Source of the DNA: Bugula neritina
Taxonomy: Eukaryota > Animalia > Bryozoa
NCBI GenBank assembly: GCA_964035545.1
Contig: OZ037765.1
Location: forward strand, 15,686,995-15,750,994
Direction of reading: 5' to 3'
Length of the DNA stretch: 64,000 nt
The notes beneath the pieces are model-generated. The model saw nothing but the letters and a program-made list of their open reading frames with translations, had not been told where the DNA came from and made no database searches. A program made the translations under genes and the position numbers. Of this stretch, positions 13,401-23,400 are shown one piece after another; the stretch's first letter is position 1, and every line of letters begins with the position of its first letter.

Positions 13401-13850
13401 TCACTTCCATTTTACCTTCACAATTCACCACATCTCCAGTGAAGCTACAAAATTTTACATTAGGTGAAAGTTTTACATTGCTAAAATGTTTCTGATACAG
13501 AGAATAGGGAATTAATGAGACTGAAGCACCAGTGTCGATTTCCTTATTGGCATTACCATCATTAATTTGCAAAGTAACAGAATAAGGATTAGATAAATTA
13601 GATTTTTCTGCCAAAAGAGTGCTAGCTATTCCAATATTGGCCATGTCTGATGATAAATCACTTTCATATGAATGTACAGGATGATATTGTTGAGCAATAT
13701 TTGTTTGAACTCTTTCTCCATTACACATGGGTTTAATGTGTCCTCTTTTCCCACAAGAGTGGCAATTAGCATCTTTAAACCTGCATCTAGCTGGATGATG
13801 ACCTCTACCACATCTCCAACATTTTGTGTTATAATTACTGTTAGAATACT
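10459..13850 (-). pseudogene. Ty3/Gypsy (Mag-like) gag-pol polyprotein with nonsense mutations: Zn knuckles, protease, RT, RNase H, integrase
   Basis: Five ORF-track pieces in one frame: CWRCGRGHHPARC and CHSCGKRGHIKPMC knuckles, IDTGAS protease, YYDD RT, TCDAS RNase H, HHCC plus HIDYAG / SDNGPQF / NGLAERF integrase. Four in-frame stops, no frameshift seen. Confidence 0.93.
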
Positions 13851-13852
13851 TG

Positions 13853-16374
13853 CTTTATGAGGCTGCGGTCCAGAAGATCCCGGACTTGTCGGCGTACCTT
13901 CTTCTCCTTTTCTGGCCCCAACCTACAAGTAGGTTGCCGGATCGGGACCGTTTACGCTTGAGTCAGACCAGTCATGTCAGAGTCAGTCAGTCATGGTCTT
14001 CACTGCTAAACACGTTACTCATGCAGCCCTGACAGGCTCCTTCGAACAAGTTCCTGACGTGGCTCAGGACCAGTCCTCGACCTCTCGTAGGGGGTCGACA
14101 AGGGTTCTCCGTTGTCTCGCCCAATGACAGCCCCACATCTTCTTCATGGACGTAGTGAAACTATGCACCCAGCCGACAACTCCACCGGCTCCGTGAAGGG
14201 GTTTACACACTGCACTAAGATCTCCCCTCGCGCGTTCAGCTGATTCAAGCTGCTGGAAGTTGGATCCTTTCATGAGCGCCTTCCACCACTCCTAGTTTGG
14301 AGATCTGCCTACTATTCATCCTGCAGTGAATGGTGGTGCAAGAGCGTCCAGGTAACGTACAGTTCCATACAACCTGTACGCTCCCCACAAGCAGACGACC
14401 AAACTTTTCGACACAGCCATAACCATTGCATACTTGCTAAAATCAATATGGCATTTGTGTCTCATCAAGAATAGCATCCCGAGAATAGCATCCTCCATGA
14501 GTTGGCTGACTATATATGTCTCTTGGTTCGCCTGGTCCCGGACTCTGCCAGTCAACTCAACTATGCCTAAGAAAGGAATATACGGCTCGTCCGCCAACAT
14601 GCCGTGTTCCCCATCGTATGGCTCCAGGCCAGCCTTGTCTCTAGCGCTGCGGGTGTCAAAGAGCTGGCGGCTTAAGAGGTTAGTGGTACACCCCGAATCT
14701 AGCAGCAAGGTGACAGTTTTACCGGCTATCTTGCCAGGTAAGAAGTAGCTGCCACCGTATAGTTATACCCATACTCTTCTGGTGCTCTCGTGTTTGTAGG
14801 GCATGCACACCTCTTTCACTTTGAGTTTGGACTGGGGCTGCATCTGACTGTTGCGGACAGGTCTTCGAGAGGGCGGAGACATTCCACCAGACGCTAAGTC
14901 CTGTTTCCCCTTTTCATCACACTCTGGCTCTTGCAACTTGCCGAAGAGGTTTTGGAGTGGCACAGTGAGGGTAGCAGGCTGGCCGTACAGCTTGCCTGTT
15001 CTTCTTGGCACTTGCCAATCTGACAGGTCGCCCGCCGCGTCTGTACGGACTGCTGGCGGCTCCCCCGTTGTGGGAGTCTTGTCTCCAGCCAGCGGTTGGC
15101 GGAAAGACCCGCGGGTCACAAGAGTTTAACTCCCTCCGCTTCAAGGGGCACTCCTTGGGGAGGTGCCCACGACTGCCACATTCCTAACAATTCTCAACCT
15201 GTTGTTGTGGCGGCTCCTGCCCCCGACCTCCGGGGTCTCTGGGCAAGGCCCACCGCAGCCGACTGAACTAGCACTGCCACTGGTTTTTCCACCATCTCAG
15301 TCATATGAGTGAGCTCAGAGTGCAGTGGGGAAGCGGCGGCAGCCACTGCTACATGAGCTGAGGGTTGAGACTCGCAGTGATCCTCAGATGGATATACAGC
15401 GACTTGATGGGAGCTCACGCGGCTTCTGTGTAGCTGAGTAGCCAGCAGATAAGCCTCACCTTCACTCAGTGCGTCTTTGACCGTCATGACTCGCCTGGCC
15501 GGAAACTGGTGATGAAGGCCTAGGTCCTTCACCGACTGCACAAAAAGGTCAAAGGAGTACCGCTCACGGTTAACGGTTGACAGGTCACTATGCGCAATTT
15601 GCGCTAACCATTTAACTGTGGCGGCATATTCCTGTAGGAAGGTGCGCCGGTCACGTCACAACCCTTGCAGGCGGACTCATACGTCTACACCCAAGATGCC
15701 AAGTTGAGCTTGTAGTGCAGCAAAGATACTGACGACGTCAGGTCCTAACCCATAGGATTTGGCCTTATCTGTCAACGCCAGTCGCAGTTGCAATAGGGCC
15801 ACACGGGTTGGCTCCTGGGTGACGGCTACCATGTCACTAAACTCCTGGATGAATTGTCCGACATCCTCATGGCCGGTAAAAACAGGGGCTTTCAGGCGAT
15901 ACCTGTATTCAGGTAGTTCCCTGTGAGCCCCCTCGTCTCACGGCACTGGGTTTTCTCAAACAATTTAATTTGTGGTCTTGCCTTCATTTCGTTGTGGAGG
16001 CTGTGCAGGTTCTTCTGCCAGGGTGAGTACTCCAGCGCCGTGCTCTGCTATTATAATCCTTATTTATTGTCCAGATAGCAGTTTCATTGCACACAATTAT
16101 TGCACCACTGCCACCACTGTTGTAGTTTTGTGCACCACTAAGTTGGATGTTATTGTGTGCTGGTAATTACTGCATATCCTCTGCGAGGTTATGTGAAGAA
16201 CCGGACAAGTTGATTATTTAACAAGAGACTGTATTGGAGCCAACTACACATGATTAAAATCAGTATAAGCATGACTTAAAGTTGTCGTCCTTGACCATAA
16301 TCTAAAGAGTTATGTTTAGCAGGGGGTACTGGGGTATACACTTCCATTGACCATTACAGCACAAAACTACAACA
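13853..16374 (-). mobile_element. 5' half of a second Ty3/Gypsy element (LTR, tRNA-Leu PBS, gag, Zn knuckle, protease, start of RT), degenerate
   Basis: LTR 16118-16374; PBS caccactgccacca at 16103-16116; gag motif KAPVFTGHEDVGQFIQEFSD; C*ECGSRGHLPKEC knuckle; LLDSGCTTNLL protease; PIRQPTCRLGPEKEKKVRRQVRDLLDRSLI (RT start), after which it is truncated. Confidence 0.85.
16118..16374 (-). repeat. 5' LTR of the second Gypsy element (257 bp)
   Basis: Perfect 16-bp terminal inverted repeat tgttgtagttttgtgc / gcacaaaactacaaca, adjacent to the PBS. Confidence 0.8.
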
Positions 16375-16464
16375 CTGTTTTCTCATGTTTTCAGAGTGAG
16401 TAGGCTCCAATCACCGTGAGCATGCCAATTATTTACTATCAGTTTTAAAACTAGCATACGTCAA

Positions 16465-16790
16465 GAATATTGCTATGCCTATTTGCATCCAATTTATTAG
16501 CCCTACATTTATAGCAATTGTAAGGTATTTGTTTAAAATTGTTATTGCAAACATCATTCTATTCATATTCACATTGTGGTCACAGCTTTGTATTTAGGTG
16601 GATGAGTGAGTTTCAAAATTGCTTTTAATTTTATTTGCATAAAAAAATGTTTTCAAACTATACCAATAAACCAAACTAAAATATTGTACATATGGAACAA
16701 AAAATGAAATAACAGAAGTGGCAAAATCATCCCTTTGAAACTTTTATAAACTCGCAGCCTTAAGAGCGGCGTAATGGTGTCTTCATGGTA
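16465..16790 (-). repeat. Dispersed repeat, inverted paralogue of 6830-7172
   Basis: Colinear reverse-complement similarity to 6830-7172. Confidence 0.7.
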
Positions 16791-16866
16791 AAGGTCAAGA
16801 GCGCTATTGGTGTCCCTTCTATCGTTCGCACTGAACCGGAACAGAAATTTTGGGTTCTGTAGTTTC

Positions 16867-16998
16867 TATAAGCAGCTCCAAAGTGGGGGGAATGAGTACA
16901 ATAGTTTGGATTCCAGGACTTTGAGTCCGGGGGAGTCGATAAACTCGAAAACTCTTAAATTACTGGTCCTCCTTCACACCAAATTTAGAGCTGCTTAG
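16867..16998. repeat. Short palindromic element (degenerate copy of 63426-63550)
   Basis: tataagcagctc ... gagctgctta termini; internal tgagtacaatagtt corresponds to tgagtgcaatagtt in the 63.4-kb copy. Confidence 0.65.
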
Positions 16999-17159
16999 AG
17001 AACAACTCTAAGCGAGAGGATTGATGAGTTTTTGAGAACGACTTTGTTCCCCTCTCGGGCCGGTCAGTGTCACAGTGCCTTTCACTTTCGGAGGTGAAAA
17101 AATATATAAATATTAATATTTAATACATCTGTTATTTTATATAATAAATTGCCAATACT

Positions 17160-17551
17160 ATTAGTGTTTCGATTATGATTATGCGTAATCAATGGACATG
17201 GTCATAGTGATTATCATTATGTCATAAATTTAAATACACTCACACTGCTACTACGTCTACGACTACTGTACTAGTAGGAGTGCTACTAGTACTACTAGTA
17301 CTGTACTAGTAGTAGTACTAGAGTAGTAGCAGCAGCAGTAGTAATAGCAGTAGTCGTAGCACTGTAGCCAGTACTATTATCACTGTACTAATGACTAAGT
17401 GTAAGATTAAGAGTACTACTAGTAGGTATTAGTACTACTAGTACTAGTAGTAGTACTACCACAGTACCAGTACTACTAGTACTAGTACACTTAGTCCTAC
17501 AGAGTACTAGACAACAATCTAATACTATTAATACTATATTAATAATATTAC
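17160..17551. repeat. (TNA)n then (TAG/TAC/TAT)n low-complexity tract; resumes at 19843-19920 after the Gypsy insertion
   Basis: tactagtactactagtactgtactagtagtagtactag and similar runs. Confidence 0.8.
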
Positions 17552-19842
17552 TGTTGTGTTTACATTGAGGTTATATTACATTTCTAGTTTTAGAGATTAT
17601 AAATATGTTTCCGGGCATGCGTAGTGATACGCTAGTTGAACTCGTGTGTAAGAATCTTAGTTCAGTGGAAATAATTTATATTTGATTGCTTATTTAAATC
17701 TGAGTGATTCTGCAATTAATACAATACCGCATGAATGACAATATAACATTGTGGTTGCAGATGCTAGCCCTGTGTGTTTTTATCAGTTTCAACAGGATGT
17801 GCCAAGAGTAGTTGCTTATGGACATAGTCGGCTATCTGATGTAGTGTCGAGATATTCGCAGATAGAGCGTGGGGCACTAGGTCTCATGTGGGCCTGTGAA
17901 TGCTTCAAGATGTACTTACTGGGTACAAAGTTTTAGTTAGTTACGGACCACAAGCCTCTAGTGAGTATATTTGGTAAGCCTACATCTAAACCGACACCTA
18001 GGTTAGAGAGATGGAGTCTGATACTCCAGGCCTTTGATCTTGCTTTAGAATATAAGCCAGGTAGCAGTAACATTGCTGATTCTCTATCTCGGTTGAGTGT
18101 TTCTTAGGATGATGTTGTGGAACCTTCGACTGGTAACTCATACTTATGTACAGTTGCTAGCATGGCTGTCCCATGTGCTATGAGGTGGTCAGAGATTCAG
18201 AGTGCAGCTCAGTCTTGTGAGGAGACTCAGGCTATACACAAAGCTATCCAGTCAAATGATTGGAAAACTGTTTCTGCTGTGATTAAGTCTTTCAGAAATG
18301 AGATGAGTAGTTGAAACAGTGAAGTTCTCAGAGATAAACGAATATTTGTTCCACAGAGTCTGAGGTCCAGGGCTTTATCTCTTGCTCATGAAGGATATCT
18401 AGGTATCGTAAAGACCAAGAGTAGACCTAGGCCCAAGGTTTAGTGGCCTGGAATCGATAGGGACACTGAAAGCTTGTGTAGGCAGTGCTTGTCATGTCAG
18501 TTAGTTGGTTCTAGTGTTCCTCCTACTCCTATCACTCCCACTAAGCTACCAGGCGGTCCTTGGAAGTTCTGTAGTGTTGATTTACTTAGTCCCCTTTCTG
18601 ATGGTCGGTCTATCATCATCTTCATAGATTACTATAGTAGACTCTTTGAGGCTGGTTTTCTAAGTAATACTAAGACAGGCAAGGTTGTCTCGTTTCTTGA
18701 AAATGTCTTTGCTCGGTATAGTTACCCAGAGATTTTGAGGTCAGATAATGTTCCCCAGTTTGTTTCTAGTAAATTCCATAGTTATCTTGCAGAGTGTGGT
18801 GTCAAGTAGCTATCTACAACTCCATTGTGACCCCAGGCTAACGGTCAAGTGGAGAGAACTAACAGAGGTGTTCTCAAGATGCGGAGAATTGCAAATTCTG
18901 AGTGTAGGAACTTGGAGCAAGCTCTGTTGAAATTTGTTATTGCTTACAAGTCTACGCCCCATGCGGCTACAGGTATGACACCTTATGCTATGATGTTCGG
19001 TTGTGAGATGCGTACCAAACTACCTATGCTCTTTAATGAGGTTGCTAAGACTGCTGAAGAGGCAGGAGACAGTAATGCTTTGTATAAACAGAAGATGAAA
19101 GATCAAACAGATGTTGGTTCTAAATATAGTCCTATAGGCCGATGTGATTCTGTGCTGTTGAGACGTGAAACTAGAAGTAAGCTGGATATTATGTATCACC
19201 CAGAGCCGTACAGAGTCGTGGATGTTCAGAGTAGAGATATGACTTGCGTTGGTCCTGTTGGTAAAGTAGTTAGGCGCCATGTCACTGTTGCTCGTCAGGT
19301 TGTAGAGCCCGACCCTGGTTCTATAGTTGCTGATCCTTTTCTGTCTTCATGTCCTATTCCCATAGCCCCTGATGTTCCTGTTGCCCCGAGTTCTGTGTCC
19401 GGTTTTCCTGATCTCAGTTCTAGTTTTCCTGGTCTCAGTTCTAGTTCCCCTGCTCCTAGTGTTGGAGTCCGCGAGCGGAGAATGCCAATACGATATCAAG
19501 ATTACCACATGTACTAATTCTTGGTACATGTGACCTGTGTTCGTTGTTCATTTTAAATACTCATGCAATATGTTGTTTACATTATAAGTACTCATGTAAT
19601 ATGTTGTTTATTATGTTTTATTTTTCTTTAATAGTTTTGGAGGGTTGTTGTGTTTACATCGAGGCTGTATTATATTTCTAGTTTTAGTGATTATATATAT
19701 GTTTCCGGGCATGCGTAGTGATACGCTAGTTGTACTCGTGTGTGAGAAGTTTAGTTCAGTGGAAATAAATTATATTTGATTGCTTATTTAAATCTAAGGT
19801 ATTCTGCAATTAATACAATACCACACCAATGACAATATAACA
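17552..19842 (+). mobile_element. Ty3/Gypsy LTR retrotransposon with both LTRs, internally deleted (only RNase H and integrase remain, degenerate)
   Basis: 197-bp LTRs at 17552-17748 and 19646-19842 (TGTT...AACA, ~17 mismatches); exact 5-bp TSD ATTAC; short PPT ggaggg before the 3' LTR. Internal motifs VVADASP..RYSQIER, CRQCLSCQ, SVDLL, RSDNVPQF, NGQVERTN, with many stops. Confidence 0.93.
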
Positions 19843-19959
19843 ATTACTATTAGTATTAGTATTAGTAATGGTAATAGTAATATTAGTGTTACTATTTTAG
19901 TGTTACTATTAGTATTAGCAGATTCGGAGTTCCAAAAGGGCTTTTTAAGATTTACAAAT

Positions 19960-20126
19960 TTGAAGTAATTGACAGGTAATTACAAAGTAATTGTAAAAAT
20001 CATATACATTACATGTAATTGATTACATTTACATTTTTGTACATCAATTACAAATTATTACATTCAATTACTTGTAAAAATGTAATTAATTGCAACCAAT
20101 TGCAAATTACAATTACCCCAACCCTG
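19960..20126. mobile_element. hAT-type MITE end (TAATTAC-rich), same family as 59551-61459
   Basis: Ends caattaccccaaccctg, reverse-complementary to the CAGGGTTG... terminus at 59551; repeated gtaattg/caattac motifs. Confidence 0.6.
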
Positions 20127-20406
20127 ATTGATCAATTTAAAAGATAATAGTAAGAAAAAGTTCTGCTGATGTAGTTGCCTATGTTTTTTGTAGTAAATAA
20201 TAGTGGCTCAAAAGTTCACATTTTATTTTTCTACTGGTAATGCAGCCTATATGCACTGTTTTCAAAATATATTACAATCACCCATTTTTCATTTCCTCGG
20301 AACTTCGTTCTCATGTTTTTAAAGCATTTTTTATTCCGCTTGTTTGTAGCTGCAGGCAGAGACTTCCCTATAGTCCCCTCCATCCTGACATTATACAAAT
20401 CAAACA

Positions 20407-23400
20407 ATGGGCCAAACATCAGTTAAAGTTGGTCTAAAGCTACAGTCTCGAGCACGGAATGTCACTGGAAAGCTTAGTACAAAACTGGCATCTGTTTCCA
20501 TTCTGAAGGCTCTAACCTATGATCAGTTCTTGCATGAATTAGAACTTCTTAATCAAATGTATATTACAAGGCTGTCTAAATGTTTGGTTTGGTATTACTA
20601 TGTTAATAGACTGGGGAAGTTTATTTTTCTGCTGTGGGAAAACCTCATTCAACTAAATTTATTTTATCCTTTAGTGTAGAATGAGATAAAAACACTAATA
20701 GTGTGGGTGCCAACATGCAAAAATGGGCGGGTTGAGCACATCAATACTAACCTTTGTTGCTATACATCACTGCGAAACCAGCTTTCTACTGATTTCAACT
20801 ATGTGAGGAACTTCATTGTATTTTGGAGGTTTTCGTTTTGAAGTGGTGATTATACAGGGGTTGGCCAATTTTCAAGGAGGCATCAGGAAATTTTAAATAC
20901 CTATGCAAGTTGTTTGAGTAATTTAAGTTTATTCTTCAACATGTTTTCTAGAAAAATTTTTGCACCTATGAAACTATCTCTCAAAAAATTGTGACCAAAA
21001 TTGGACAGATGGGCAGAGTCTATGGCATGATGCATTGCTTTTTTCAAGTATACCTGATATTCTCTAAGTCGCCAATTTTTTCTTGTAGCATCTAGAATGG
21101 TAATTCCCAGTCTGTAGATACTATATAGTGTTTTTATAATTCACACCAATTTCTAGTTTATTCTAATCAAAAAAAATTTTTTTACAGCCTTGAAAACTCA
21201 AAAAAATCAAAATTGGAATTGTCTCCCCATTTTAAAAAGTCGCTTTCTTTACCCAATATAATACTAATCTTTTTATTCATTGGTTTGACATTATTCGACT
21301 ATAAATTGAAATTAAACTTGCTGTTATTAGCTGATGAAAATGGTTTTAATGCCTTATGTCGTAGATATATTAAGTAATTGTGATTTGGTAATGTTAAAGT
21401 TGGTAAATACTGATGTTGCTGTTTTATCACTTCAGTAAGGTTTGAACTCAACAGGCTAAAATTGCAGTAATTTTTTAGACTGCGAAATCACAGAAAATAT
21501 CTATTTTTTCTGGATCAGCTGTCAGTATCTTGCGCGGTATTTTCAAAAAGCTTTCACAACTTCATGTACTTACCGGCTGTATTTTAGTAATTCCCATCTT
21601 CTGCTAATCTAGAATTTGTACTCTGGAGGTACTAGAAAGGAAAAACTACAATCAATCTTCAGGCTCTGGAAATTGATCCCGTATAAGATGAGATATATTT
21701 AGAGGGTAAAAGTTTTGCTGCTCACATATATGGTACATATGATAATATTACAGAAGCAATAAATTTGTTTATAGCAAAGCACAGGATCAATGTGATGCCT
21801 TCCGTTGTCATCTTTCCCTCAAATGCAACTTTCAAAAAGTCACCATTACCTCTTGCGGTTCCTATGAACCCACATAATCTCAGGCTAGTATTTTATAGAA
21901 GAATGGCTCAATTGCAAAACTTATCTCATTGATAGCTGACGAACTCTATTATCATTTGTAGTTTCCAATATGAATAATTGTAGTCTAAGTTTTTAGTTGC
22001 TCAATTATGTGCTTGTTTTTAGTCGAGTGATTCACTGCTGGTACTGTTGCTGTAGGCTATGCCCACCTCTCTATTTTAGCCACAAATTTTTTAGTGATAG
22101 TTTGATAGGTGTAAAACATCTTTAGAAAACTTTCAAACGGTAATCTTAAACTGTTCAAATAATTGCATATTTAAAATTTCCCGATGCCCCTTTGAAAATT
22201 GGCCAACTCCTGTATACCCATTCTTTTTAAGCAAGAATCCCCTTCCTAGATCCAAAGTAGTTACTCGCATGTTTGAAATCAGTGGAATGTAGAATTTGCA
22301 GTGATATATAGCAACAAACGTTAGCATTGATGTGCTCTGGTTGCCCATTTTTCACTGCGTTTCCAGTTTCCATCATTTGCATTATGCAAATGGATTTTCA
22401 TTCGCCTAATGGAAATAGTTACATCAAATGAAACCACGGCCATAAGTTCATGCAAACCACAATAGACCATGTAAATTTGGTACATTTGTTACCTTGTACC
22501 AATTCTAGAATACTCACCACCATAACTTATATAAACTTCTGCAAGTTCAAATGCAAAATGCATACTTCTAGAAAATAGCTGTGCAACTTTTATTGCATGC
22601 ATTATTTTATTTCATATCTTAAATTTATAAATCATAAGTTCATTTTTCAAAATGTTTAAATTAAGTGCTCAATAAATGCATTTAAAAAATGTATTCCTGC
22701 ACAAATACCCTAGAGCAGTTTGACCACAACCCCAGCTGTTTTGGCAAAACACATTTAATGGTTTTTTTATTGACATAGTGGTGAATGAGCTAGTTGTTTT
22801 TAGCAGTTGTGCAGACTTAAACTCCAGCAGCTAAGTTATAATGGTGATATTTTAGAGTTGGTACACACCCCTTTTTGGTTGAGTTTTATAGTCTGTTTAT
22901 GCTGTAGTCATCTACAGCACTTCAGTATATAAGAAAATTATTAGTATTACGAATTCTGTTTGATTAATAAACTATTTTGGCTTACTTTGCTATGCCAGTT
23001 TTCTGACTTAGTTTGTAATCAACTATGTAGGCAGTTATAACTTTGGGTGATTTCATCAAAGGTAGACATTACTTAGGCCGTAGAACATCAAATCAACCAG
23101 TGCTGTTACTTGGTTGTATTGTAAAGCAGTAGTGAGAGCGTAGCACATTAGCACAGTCACTGAGCTGCAATGGCAGTGGCTACACTAAACCCATCAGTTC
23201 TATTATAATATCTTATGTAAGGCACTTAAAAACACTAGCCTAGTCTCTGTTAGTATGTACTATGTAGAGCAGTAGTACAGTTACAGCAGTCGCACCACCC
23301 CTCTCTATCTTGTGTACCAAGCACAGAAGTTGCAATAATGATAATCATTTCATGAATTAGTTTTAAATCAATGCATATTACTAAATATTAAAAGTCTGAT

